A stretch of DNA of 64,000 bases from Marsupella aquatica. Its lineage: Eukaryota > Plantae > Marchantiophyta. The position numbers and the translations under genes are program-made. Positions 25,001 to 36,342 of this stretch are shown piece after piece. A model generated the notes under the pieces. The model was given only the letters and a program-made list of their open reading frames with translations. It was not told the DNA's origin and ran no database searches. The stretch is from the NCBI GenBank assembly GCA_973895155.1, contig OZ316897.1, positions 186,001-250,000 of the forward strand. The letters are read 5' to 3'. Every line of letters begins with the position of its first letter. The stretch's first letter is position 1.

Positions 25001-25780
25001 AGAAATCTCATCAAGGAGACTGGATGTAAGTCCGCGCAAGGGGGAATTGTTGGAGTCGCCATTCACAAGTTGCGATTATCGTCTCCACATTGCCAGTTGT
25101 TGTACTTATGTCCTAACAATAAGTGTCACAAGAGCCGAGGATGCAGAACTCTAGCTCAACTACCCCCCCCCCCACCCGAGTCGCTCAAGGTTCAGCGTGG
25201 GACTTGCCTCTCCCATCCCGAGATAGAGTTTCTGCTGGGATTAGGATTCTAGATCAGTGGACTCTCCTATGTGGATGCAAATCAAGTTGGAGAGTTCCCG
25301 TCCCCCAATCGGGTCAACCTACGAATTGATGTTAACTCATTCCCCAAACGAATCAATCTAACTAATGTGGACCGTGGGTTGAAAACCTGAAATGGTAAGG
25401 GTGCACGACAGCGTTTCAGCAATACTCCAGAGTTGCTCAAGCGCATCGTTTCCGCTACACAAGAATACATGAGAGTTGTCGGAAATGAGAAGGTAACTAC
25501 TAGAAATGGATGGGGTTGGAGATACTTGATCGCCACTCACGAGACTGATTCACAAGTTCCGCACACATATTGGGTGCAAATCTGTTGTTTCCCTTCGTGT
25601 TCTTGTGAAGACTTTTATAAGAGGCATACACAAGGGAAACCATACATGTCTTGTAAACATCTGTTGTGGGTGTATTTAAACAAGTTTTCACTCAACCTGG
25701 AGAAGGACGACCTTGTCAAACAGCCGATTTTGACTGTTGGGGAAGTGAGGAGTTTAATTCCGTTAATGATAGGGGACTAG
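22074..25780 (+). pseudogene. Element A transposase: GCM/WRKY-like zinc domain, MULE DDE core and SWIM finger
   Basis: KVRCAGVLECQN..C...CGFC...CPAK...HMGFHDH; WVSSDVM (D1), GFISDNAEAG (D2), AFHF, CTGAESVH (E); CSCEDF...CKH (SWIM). Intron at 24111-24203; several frameshifts. Confidence 0.8.
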
Positions 25781-26429
25781 TCATTTATTGGAGATGCTAA
25801 TTATAGGGTGGTGGGATGGATTACTCGAGTTTGTGGTTTCACAAATATCAATATGTTTTCACCGAGTGAATCATAATGTTAGCGAGGTCCATAATGGTAA
25901 CTTTTATGGTGTTTGAGTTCATTGTTTATGGCTAGCAATCTCTCTAGTCTTAGGAAGTCTGCTACATCCTAACAGAAACATCCAACTTCCAGCCGTGTTA
26001 ACCTATCGACAAGTATGTATAGAGTTCATGGTTTGATCATTAAAATGATGCCAGTTTTTGCTAGCGAGATCGCTAGTCTGATCAACGGAATTTAGGATGC
26101 AATAAAGTTTACTATAGAGTGATAGGATGTGTTCTTGGGAGGGAAGTGTTCCCTGAAGTTGTTGCAGTAATACTCTGTCGAATTGATTATCTAAGATGAA
26201 CACATCAAAGATTGATCTGAAATGTAGAGGCAGTTCTATACTAGCGATATCGCTAGTCTGGGAAGGGTCCAACTGTGACTCCCAAATAAACATACTATGT
26301 ACAAAATGACATTCCAGAGCAACACATAGAAAGGAAAAGAACACCCAAACTTTACTTCTCATACATATTGAAAGTACATGAGGACATGTGATTCGCTTGT
26401 AACTACGAAAATTTCAGTAAATCCACAAC

Positions 26430-27000
26430 CTGACTCTCCCCTCAGGGGCTGGCCGCCTTCCATGCATCGGAGTCAGTGTCTGACTCATAATCGTAATCCG
26501 AAGAGGCGAGGCGTTCCTCGGTCCAGTAGTCATAGATCTCCCTCTCAATTCAATACTGCTCCTCTTCTGCGAGCCTCTTTCTCTTCGATACAACCTCGCG
26601 CGTTGTCAATCTGCCCCCAAAGTCAAGCTATCTCTGCACCCTTCCCGTCTCGGGCTTGTAATGCCAAAGCCACCTGTGCCTCTCTGTCGGTCACTTAGCT
26701 CCGGGCAATTGTTAGTTATGGACAAAGGGAATGCAACTCAACCTGTGCGGCTGAAGCCTCATTGCGGAACTGGGTGGCCTTGGCACAAAATTGGTCAACC
26801 AGCCTTTCTGCTTTGGCTTGGGGCTGACTTGCGTTTACCACCGCAACCAGTTCTTGTCCAAAGAAGGAGGCTACCTTACAGGCCATAAGTGCCCTTGGTG
26901 CCCGAATGCCTCCATGGAACTCCTTGAGCAAGCAACTTGATGCCTCAGATTGCACCCCAAACGGCCCCTCACATATAAAGCCGCACTTGCTCCCTAACAT
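26430..27000 (-). pseudogene. Degenerate fragment of Gypsy LTR-internal coiled-coil ORF
   Basis: KVASFFGQELVAVVNASQPQAKAE matches KVAYFFSQELVAAVKAGHAQAEA (37686-37913). Confidence 0.6.
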
Positions 27001-27356
27001 GACTATCGCTCAATGGTCCTCACCTCGGTCCTCACTGTTTTGCACAAGCAACCAGACACTCCGGTAAGTAACCCAAAGGATCTAGGCTTCCCAAGTCTAG
27101 CATCCTAACTCAAAGTCAACAGACATGGGTAAGTAGGTCAGCAAATAGGTCCTCCCTGGCGGTTTAGGTGGTTCAAGTTCAAGTTTGCTTTGCTTTATAG
27201 AGATGATGACAAGACACTATTGGCTCGAGGGTGTATCACCAACCCTCACCCTCAAGCATCGATTAACAATGAGAGAGTTGGAGATGATCATGTGGGGATT
27301 AATATTCTCACACTGGCTCTGAAAAACAACATCGCAAAGATGAGGTTCCCATAGAT

Positions 27357-28860
27357 TTGGAGGGAACGCCTTACACAATCAAATGGCCTTTGTGGAGAAC
27401 TTGGATAGAGCCTGGAATGCAATTGTTGAGCAATCTTTTGGATCAAAATGAATTCATCAATCCCAAGCAAGCAATTGTATCATACATTAAACCAAAGCAA
27501 GGCTATAATAATCAATGTCAGAACCCGCAGGATCCTGAGGACAAGGAAAGAAAGAAGATTCATAGAAGGCGTAATAGAAAGAAGACTCGAGAATCCATTG
27601 ATGCTATCTTCCAGGTGGAATGCTGCACAAAGAATTGTTGTAGGAGGCAACAATGGGAAGTTGTCAGTCAGATTAGAGATGAATTTTACCGTCTCTCCCA
27701 TGCCGATCAATAGACATACGTTTTGAACCATCTACACGGGAGGATACAAAAACTATCAAAGCCAAGATGAATATTTTTTGTGGGATTCATGTTTGTAAAG
27801 AAGGGTTTTGGACCATCCATGGTTTCTCCAGGGGAACCTTCTATTCAATATATGGTCGCTATAGAAATGGAGCAAAGGTTGGCGTTCATGGGAACCAAGG
27901 ATTGATGAAAACAAAAGACTATGTCACGCTGTTTGTTGAGTCTATTCAGAGTGTATTCAAGAAATGTGCAGAGCCTATGCCCCATCTCCATAAAATTGAA
28001 GAGTTTGGAAAGTAGGGAGTTGTGTATAGGGTTCCCATAAGCTAGAGAGGAAAGATGTTTATGAAGAGGCTTGCAAGCTTAACAAGAATCTTGGAGCTTT
28101 TTCTCCAGTCATTGCTACGTTTTACAAGATACTTGAGGAAAAGTTTCCCAATTTTCAGTTTTCGGATTGAAGAGACTCTTTGAGGCGAGAAGAGGCAAGA
28201 TGTTGTTCTAGAAATTAAGCTTAAAAGAGATTAAGGCTAGAACAATAGTCCCATAGGAGCATGTGCCGCCAAACTGACAGCAAATCAAGAGCGCGCCATA
28301 GAAGTATCTTTTGGTGATTCATGACAAAATGGATCAAGCAAAATCTGGAATACCCAAAATGACTTCAACTCTTAAAAGTCAAGGGGGTAAATCAATTCCG
28401 TTACCGATGACGTTGACTGGAATGCTCATGCATGGATGGGAGCCCAGAATCTATGCCCATTTTGCATTTGGTGGATTGTGGGCAAGTGATCCTGATTTCA
28501 CAGTGTTGTCTCTTTTGAAGTTGTTTCAAGATCTTGAGTCATTCTCCGGTGATAAGACTGGAGACTTATCGTTGAAGAGCATGGACATGTCCTGATCCTA
28601 TTTTTGTTGCGCTTTTAGATCGCAGAGCTTTTGAGATTGGCTATTTGGAAAGGAAGCATGTGGATTTTGACCAGTTTAAAGGACTCGATAACAAGGCTCC
28701 GCATGAGCCTCGCATGGAACCCTCGTCCTCGAATTCCTTTCGACCCCTTCCACAACATTTGCACCTCAAACTGGACAATTCAAGGAAGGACAATTAGAAT
28801 CAGACCGTGATCGCATTTTGTAGTGCTAGCTCTTCGAGGAATGTTTGAGTTTGTGACACT
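27357..28860 (+). pseudogene. Degenerate DNA transposase, Sola-like (DUF7869-type)
   Basis: CCTKNCC, HVCKEGFWTIHG, HGNQG, LVIHDKMDQAK, LTGMLMHG, LPQHLHLKLDNSRKDN*NQTVIAF (LxLQLDNxxxxNKN-type motif); many stops and frameshifts. Confidence 0.55.
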
Positions 28861-31379
28861 TCTCTTCCAAGTTGCTTCATGATCCCACATGTTTTGTTCA
28901 CATAATCATATGATGGTCATTTAGGACTCGTGCAACACCGGATGCAACAAGGCATATGACCTCGCACATAACTTTGATACAACACTTAAAAATATTTCCA
29001 AGGACTTGTCTCTCATTGAATTTAAGAATCTCTATAGGGAGATGGGGTCCACAAACTAATTTCAGTGCATTCTACATTACTTTTTGTATGAATAGTCATA
29101 AACTTTTGCATTTTTTCCTGGTTATCAAGTTGACCTCATTTATAAGATATTTAGAATTAAAAGTATTCAAGAGTTTTATTTTGAGGTTTGAAATTAATCT
29201 AATTTTAATTCAACTCATTAAGATAGGTTAGCTGTCCTTCTAGAGTACCCTGCTACAAGTCAAACTAACCAGTGATGTTTAGCCAATTAAGAGCTTCGAA
29301 AATACTGGATTGGTATTATGGAACAAAATAGTTTTCAACCACATTTTCCCAAAGAAATAGCTCACGGATCAGGTCCTTGGTTTTAATTGACGAGCTGGAA
29401 AAGCAACGTCCACCTCTGACAGGTCTTTCAGTTACTTCGTAGTTCCCCGTTAAATTTTTGAATGGGTTGCCATGGGGATATCGCCCTCCTTCAATCAATC
29501 TGGTCCTGAAATAATCGGAGAGTCGTGAATTGTGAATGTATTCTCTCAAACGACATCAATTTTGTTGCCACTTGCTTCAACTTGTTGTTCTGAACGAATT
29601 GTCGAGCCTGCCCAATTTGCGGTCTGCACAACACTTGTTCACAAGTTCTTCTTTGAAGAAATGTCGTGAATTCTTCGTTTGGTATGCAGGACACTTCGGT
29701 TGGAAAGGGTTCTTTCTTGGAGGGCGATAAACAAGAGCACTCGCGCCATAGCTTTTCAGAGGGCAATGTGCAGGTATGACGGTGGGTTGCTTTAGGGGTT
29801 TGGATGGAAGATCTTCTCATACTTTTTCTTCTCAAAACTTGTAGTTTGTTCTCAAGTTTTGATGGCAAAGCTGGGATGATTCGTAACAGAGTCCAGCAGG
29901 AGGAATTGATCCTGGAGAAGATACCGCTACTGCTATGCTTCTAGGGCTTCCTCCAACTGTTACGCTGAGCTGAGATTCCTCTGCCCGGGCAAGGTTTCCC
30001 CAACAGAGCCTTCGCGTAATGAATATTCTTTCCTTAGTCCATGGGGAAGGAAAGATGAGACTTGAAATTTGAGGGTTCTGCAAGATTGCACTACTTAGAC
30101 TGATTTGAACCGTTGTCAAACAGGTAAGATCGTATTTCTCAAAACTGTACCATTGAGCTCCGTATTCCCGGCACGGGAACGGAGCTGACTCGATGGAACT
30201 TTTGGGTATGGACCGCTTTAGGCAACAGTCCTCAGCCAGGTATGATTAATTTTGTATGCATGTCATTTTGTTGGATTTGATGTGACCAAACGACCTTGAA
30301 TACATTCTCATCAAAGACGTTTGATTTGCAGAGTTTATCCTTCATCTTCCGGTTTGATTGGTATTGGCATCCGCCATTGTTCTTGTACAAGGCCTTCAGG
30401 TAATGAGACCGTAGAGCGATTTCAACGTTATGCGTACCTACTTTTAAACAGAAACTCTTGTTCCAGCACCACAGTGTGACATTTACAGTTGCGGGAATTT
30501 CCTGCTATGAGGCTTATGTGATCAAGACTTGAGTTGAACTTCAAGTTTGATTCTTTTTTCATGTTAAGAAGCACAGGGTGGGGGGGAGGCTGTTACATTC
30601 ATGTCGCATGTGTCTCTTGACGGATTGTATACGAGCCAAGTTAAAGAATGCTGGATAGCCTTTATTTCTGAATTGTAAGAGAGGGAGGGAAGCGCTTTCA
30701 AGTTCATGTCATCTGTGTCTAATCACGATGGATTCTACAGATGATGGCTAGGCTTTATTTATAAGTAGTCTCTTTTCAGAAACCTGAGATTCTGGTTTGT
30801 GTATAGCACAGAAAGGGCAGTGTAGGCAACTTACAAATAAACGCCTGTCAAGTTGTCCTAAGAGTCTTTCCTGTACACAACCCAAAGATAACATGTGACT
30901 TCTGGCTGAAGTATTCTAGTACCAATTCGATAGGCTCTTGACTCTGTCCTTTCTGTGGGTACAGTGAAATACCGGAGAAGGAACGAGCTTATTGATACCT
31001 GGATATGCCTTTCACAATTATTTCAATATTCTATTCTAAGATCATTGCATTCTTGACAGATAGCCGTTACTCTCAGTTGGAAAGGAGTCATTTAACTTTT
31101 GCAAGTTATCTGTACCAAACATCACAGCAGAGCAAGGGAGACACGAAAATACATCTTTGGACGGAGGTAGGAATGCACCCTAGAACTCGAGAGGCTTACC
31201 GGTCTGCTCTCCATTTCTGAACACTCATTGTAGAAAGATCACTGGAAACATAGTCGTCAAGAAATAACTAAAAATTCATTGCACCTCTGGAATCTCCTGG
31301 ATTTTATCCTGGTAGCAGATCTGATCGTGGGTTGTGGTGCTGACAGAGGAAGCCCAGAGCACCTGAGTTCAATCACAAG

Positions 31380-34300
31380 TTGACAAGACTAGCACTTTGG
31401 GTGGATGTATGGTCAACCCCAGCGTGGGTTAAGGCAAGGGCGAATTTGATTACTCACTGCAGAGTTCCATCTAATGTTAGTTATTGCACGAGAGATCGGT
31501 CTCAAGTCACTGCAAAAGGGATTGGCAGTAGGCATATGCATCCTGGTACCACGGGTCAAACAATTGCTATGTTGAAAGATCGTCTACAGCGAGGCATTAC
31601 TATAGACTCGTACACATATGTTAAAGTTCTGCAAATGTGCTTGCAACAGAAAGACCTTTCAGGAGCCAAGCAAATTCATGATTGCATCATCGAGAGTGGA
31701 ATTCACGAAAATCCATATGTGGCAATGACGCTCTTGAATGTGTATATAAAATGCGGAGGATTGTTAGATGCACGTCGAGTTTTTGATCAACTTGAGAAGA
31801 AGAGTGTTAAAACTTGGAACGCGATGATAGCAGGATATGCTAACAGTGATCATTCTGAATCTGTACCGGAACTTTTTAATCAAATGCGACACGAAGGCGT
31901 GCAGCCTAATGAGATCACATATCTGAGCATCCTGAAAGGATGTGCCAGCCCATTAGCTCTAACACGCGGGAAAGAAATTCATGAGCGTATTCGACATGCC
32001 GGCTTTGAATCAGACGTGCGTGTAGGGACTGCCCTCTTACTGATGTACGCAAAATGTCGGTGCATCACCGAGGCACGGATAGTTTTTGAAAAGTTGACCA
32101 ATCGAAATGTCGTGACATGGAATGTTATGATTGGAGCATATGCAGAACGTGGTGATGGTGTGGAAGCATATCGACTATATCTCCAAATGAGACGTGAAGG
32201 CTTCGAACCAGATGCATTCACTTATGCCAGTATTCTCAAATCGTCTGCAAGCGAAGAGCCTTTGGAGTGGGTGAAGGAAGTTCATGAGCATGCTCGCAAG
32301 GCGGCACTGGATACCAATTTGCGTGTGGGCAGTGCACTCATTCACGTGTATGCAGAGGGTGGCAGTATAGATGACGCCCGACGAGTTTTTGACAGAATGG
32401 AGAAGCGCGATGTAGTCACATGGAATGTAATGATCGGTGGACTTGCACGACATGGATGTGGGCATGAAGCATATCGACTGTTTCTTCAAATGAGACTTGA
32501 AGGCCTTAAACCAAATGCAATCACTTATGTGAGCATCCTCAATGCATCTGCAAGTTCGGATTCTTTGGAGTGGGTGAAGGAGGTTCATAGGCATGCTAGC
32601 AAAGCGGGACTGGAGTCAGATTTGCGTGTGGGCAGTGCACTGGTTCACATGTATGCACAGAGTGGCAGTATAGCTGACGCCCGACTGGTTTTTAACAGAA
32701 TGGAAAAACGCGATGTAGTCACATTTAATGTAATGATTGGTGCACTTGCACAACATGGATGTGGGGATGAAGCATACAGACTGTTTCTCGAAATGAGACG
32801 TCAAGGTTTCGAACCAGATGCAATCACCTATGTGAGCATCCTGAATGCATCTGCAAGTGCCGGGGCTTTGGAGTGGGTGAAGGAGGTTCATGGCCACGCT
32901 AGCAAAGCCGGACTCGAGTCGGATTTGCGTGTGGGCACTGCACTGGTCCACATGTATGCAAAGAGTGGCAATATAGATGACGCCCGACTTGTTTTTGAGA
33001 GAATGGAGAAACACAATGTAGTCACATGGAACGTAATGATCGGGGGACTTGCACAACATGGATGTGGGCATGAAGCATATCGAATGTTTCTTGAAATGAG
33101 ACGCCAAGGCTTCGAACCAAATGAAATCACTTATGTGACCATCCTGAATGCATCTGCAAGTGCGGGGGCTTTGGAGTGGGTGAAGGAGGTTCATGGCCAT
33201 GCTAGCAAAGCCGGACTGGAGTCGGATTTGCGTGTGGGCAGTGCACTCGTTCACATGTATGCGAAGATTGGCAGTATAGATGATGCCCGACTGGTCTTTG
33301 ACAGAATGGAGACACGCGATGTAATCACATGGACTGTAATGATAGGAGGGCTTGCACAACATGGATCTGGGCATGAAGCATATCGGTTGTTTCTCCAAAT
33401 GAGACGGGAAGGCTTTGAACCAGATGCATTCACTTATGCGAGTATTCTGAATGCATCTGCAAGTGCGGGGGCTTTGGAGTGGGTGCAGGAGGTTCATGGC
33501 CACGCTAGCAAAGCCGGACTGGAGTCGGATTTGCGTGTGGGTAATGCACTCGTTCACATTTATGCAGAGAGTGGCAGTATAGCTGACGCCCGACTTGTTT
33601 TTGACAGAATGGAGAAACGCGATGTAGTCACTTGGAACACAATGATCGGGGGACTTGCACAACACGGATATGGGCAGGAAGCCCTGGAACTTTTCAGACA
33701 AATGAATGCAGACCATGTGAAGCCCACCGAGACGTCATTCACAGCTGTGTTGTCAGCCTGTTCTCATGGAGGCCTTGTTGATGATGGCCGTAGAATCTTT
33801 TCTGCTATGACGCAAGATTATGGTATCGAGCGTACTGTTTTTCACTATACCCTCATGGTGGATATTCTTGGGCGGGCGGGACACGTGGAAGAAGCAAAGC
33901 AGGTGATCAGTGAGATGCCGATCGAACCAGATGATGTAACTTGGACAGCCTTGCTTGGGGCTTGTAGAACTTACGGTAACGTGGAGCTGGGTGAACTGGC
34001 CGCTAACGAGCTTTTCAAGTTGGAACCCGGTAAGGCCTCTACATATGTGCTGCTCTCCAATATCTATGCTGCACTTGGGAAGTGGGAGAAGGTGTCATCT
34101 GTGCGCACTATGATGCAAGAGAGAGGTGTTCGGAAGGAGCCAGGACGTAGCTGGATCGAAGTTCATAACAAGATCCATGAATTTGTGGTGGGGGATACAT
34201 CTCACCCAGAAGCGGAGGCGATCTATACTGAGCTGAATAAATTGACTGAAAAACTGAAGGCGGAAGGCTACATTCCGGATACCCAGCTTGTATTGCATGA

Positions 34301-34547
34301 TATCAATGAAGAGGATAAAGAGCTAGCCCTTTGCTCTCATAGTGAGAAGTTGGCTATTGCTTACGGACTTATGCACCTACCTTGGGGGGAACCTATTCGT
34401 GTAAGTAAGAACCTTCGGGTGTGTTCAGATTGCCACTCAGCAACCAAGTATATCTCTAAGGTGACCGGACGCGAGATTATTGCAAGGGATGCAAATCGGT
34501 TCCACCATTTTAAAGATGGAATGTGTTCTTGTGGTGATTACTGGTGA
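31380..34547 (+). CDS. PLS-class PPR protein with E1-E2-DYW deaminase domain (organellar C-to-U RNA-editing factor); first in-frame ATG at 31536, upstream exon possible
   Basis: Intact ORF with about 23 L/S/P motifs, PG box KEPGRSWIEV, HSEKLA, CSDCH and terminal CSCGDYW*. Confidence 0.97.
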   Translation: MTRLALWVDVWSTPAWVKARANLITHCRVPSNVSYCTRDRSQVTAKGIGSRHMHPGTTGQTIAMLKDRLQRGITIDSYTYVKVLQMCLQQKDLSGAKQIHDCIIESGIHENPYVAMTLLNVYIKCGGLLDARRVFDQLEKKSVKTWNAMIAGYANSDHSESVPELFNQMRHEGVQPNEITYLSILKGCASPLALTRGKEIHERIRHAGFESDVRVGTALLLMYAKCRCITEARIVFEKLTNRNVVTWNVMIGAYAERGDGVEAYRLYLQMRREGFEPDAFTYASILKSSASEEPLEWVKEVHEHARKAALDTNLRVGSALIHVYAEGGSIDDARRVFDRMEKRDVVTWNVMIGGLARHGCGHEAYRLFLQMRLEGLKPNAITYVSILNASASSDSLEWVKEVHRHASKAGLESDLRVGSALVHMYAQSGSIADARLVFNRMEKRDVVTFNVMIGALAQHGCGDEAYRLFLEMRRQGFEPDAITYVSILNASASAGALEWVKEVHGHASKAGLESDLRVGTALVHMYAKSGNIDDARLVFERMEKHNVVTWNVMIGGLAQHGCGHEAYRMFLEMRRQGFEPNEITYVTILNASASAGALEWVKEVHGHASKAGLESDLRVGSALVHMYAKIGSIDDARLVFDRMETRDVITWTVMIGGLAQHGSGHEAYRLFLQMRREGFEPDAFTYASILNASASAGALEWVQEVHGHASKAGLESDLRVGNALVHIYAESGSIADARLVFDRMEKRDVVTWNTMIGGLAQHGYGQEALELFRQMNADHVKPTETSFTAVLSACSHGGLVDDGRRIFSAMTQDYGIERTVFHYTLMVDILGRAGHVEEAKQVISEMPIEPDDVTWTALLGACRTYGNVELGELAANELFKLEPGKASTYVLLSNIYAALGKWEKVSSVRTMMQERGVRKEPGRSWIEVHNKIHEFVVGDTSHPEAEAIYTELNKLTEKLKAEGYIPDTQLVLHDINEEDKELALCSHSEKLAIAYGLMHLPWGEPIRVSKNLRVCSDCHSATKYISKVTGREIIARDANRFHHFKDGMCSCGDYW
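32170..33690 (+). repeat. 303-bp (101-aa PLS triplet) tandem array, about 5 units, inside the PPR gene
   Basis: WVKEVH/WVQEVH recurs at about 32268, 32571, 32874, 33177 and 33480 with near-identical DNA. Confidence 0.9.
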
Positions 34548-36342
34548 ACCCAGATTGAAAGCTGTGTTGGGCTGGCTGGAAAGTGACTTCAAATCAGTAG
34601 TCACTGGCACCGCAGATACAATCAGGTTTTGGGTGTCGCAATTCTGTAACATTAATTTTGAGATTCTGCAATTGGGGGTTGTACCTAGCCCTCTTCTGGC
34701 AGAAAGACCATTTCATGTAAGAGAAATGTCACGCAAGTTTCGTTTTGAGTGTCGAAATTATAGGTGCGTGAAATCAAGCTCCTGGCTTGATATGTAGAAA
34801 CCTCTTTTGACATCTTAGTTGAGTATTGTCCTTAGATCAAAAGAAGAGTTTGCATACAGTAGCTGCCTTGCTGTGAACATGGTACTGGAAGGGAACTCAC
34901 ATTGGTGACAGGAGACGAAATCCAAGGGCATAAAGATCAAATGCGCGGATGGCGACCTCCACCAGCAGAAAGCTTCAAGCAATGAGTCTTCGAGTTCATC
35001 GACTTGCAGGAAGCCTTTGGCCGAGACTGCTGGATGTATTCAGATCTTCGAATACATCCATGTCGAAGATTAGATAATTCAATTCTAGTAAAGTGGCCAT
35101 GTTCTTCTGCTTCAAAGGGAGTTGACAGTCTGGATTCGACCAAAACGATATGAAGTTCCATCTGCATCTCAACTGTCTGAGCTTCTCAGATTCGGTCGTG
35201 AAACGTGCTCGAAAGCTTGTTAGCTACTCTGGGGTTAGGGAAGGCGTAAGGGAATAATTCTCAAATGACGCGAGAATGGAATGATGCACTGTACAGTACT
35301 ATCGTGAAGGATTATCGGAAAAGGCAGGAAAGTGGACTGTATTTGCAGTAGAAACTTTGCTACGTTGACGGCATGATTGAATCCGAAAGCTCATAGACCG
35401 TGCGCGTGAACGTAGAAGGGAGCATAGTTCTGCAAGGAATAGTGGAGTAGCATGCGTCTGTTGCTTCTGCTGGGCCCATGCCTACTTCAAGAAAATAGAT
35501 TCATGTGTAGAAGGTCTTGAGAGAGAAGTAATAACAATCAGAGCATTAGGTAAGTATTCAAATGAAGGAGAACACCTTGCTATCATAAAAAACTCCTGCT
35601 GTTACCATAGTAGCTGCGCTTAATCTGTTATCTCTTCTTTTTGGCTTGAATTTGCTTGGGTGAGATGTTGAAGACGTCTGGTGGAAAGACACCATTCTTC
35701 CTTTGAATTAATCCAAAAACAGTCAGGCAGCAATCAACCACTAAATTTAATGTTCTTGACACTGGAATGCCAATCTGGCAGTTGTTTTCCTCAATCCTCG
35801 GCTGTCAATTCAACCAGAAAACAGGAAATTTTGCTAGCGACACTGGAAATTGCTAGCGAGGCGGGCCTGATTGGTTTGGGAAATAAGTCATGATGACCAA
35901 TATCCGATTAATCTTTGACCTCAGTCTGAATAATTCTCATTGCAAATGTGGACCTCCTCCAGATATTTAAAAGCTGTTGTAACCTAAGGTTAAGTCTACT
36001 CCAAATCATGGTGTAACCACTAACCTAAGGTAGTTACTACAACCACCTGAGTAACTACCTCTATGTATATATGTTTCCATACATGAATGAGAAGACTATT
36101 CTATGTAGTACTCAACACGTTATCAGCATGAGTAGGCTCGACATTAAATTTTTTCCTTTAGAAGTGAGAATTAGATGTGGAGGGGTCTCCTTACGAAATT
36201 ATACACAGATCTCTGTAAATTTCTGTCAAAAATTGGCATGGGATTTGGATTGCAAATTAGTCCATTTCCCACATAGGCAATTCCATCCCACCAAACATTC
36301 ACCGCCTAATGATATCGCCAACCAATTTCACCAATCTCCATA

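Larger units (their letters stand above)
992..26255. repeat. Dispersed 14-bp palindrome TAGCGA-NN-TCGCTA confined to non-coding DNA of element A
   Basis: Copies at 992, 18856, 21786, 21881, 24154, 25933, 26062 and 26242; none seen inside the nested insertions. Confidence 0.85.
1..26300. mobile_element. Element A: Mutator-like (MULE) DNA transposon carrying a ParB/methyltransferase-like cargo gene, disrupted by nested insertions; left end outside window, right end not resolved
   Basis: Same gene order and homologous proteins as element B (47550-58443): small ORF, MTase-like and ParB-like on the minus strand, then GCM-DDE-SWIM transposase on the plus strand. Removing 13374-17950 and 19166-20924 restores the cargo frame. 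The CACTA insertion (1753-13182) is accompanied by a deletion of cargo sequence. Confidence 0.8.

Noticed and set aside
22074-25780. Assignment to Zisupton/KDZ because of the SWIM finger and the 8-bp TSD of element B
   Set aside because: The D..D..xxFH..ESxH spacing with a C-terminal SWIM fits Mutator better; an HMM search would settle it.
29316-30119. Minus-strand ORFs 29316-30119 and 34937-35167 as a host gene enclosing the PPR gene
   Set aside because: No recognisable domain and frames are broken; cannot be supported without transcripts.
32175-33742. Long antisense ORFs (e.g. 32616-33716) with repeated peptides
   Set aside because: Shadows of the tandem PPR repeats on the opposite strand.
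35830-35865. Two TTGCTAGCGA half-sites similar to the element A motif
   Set aside because: No complete palindrome and no other element A sequence recognised nearby.
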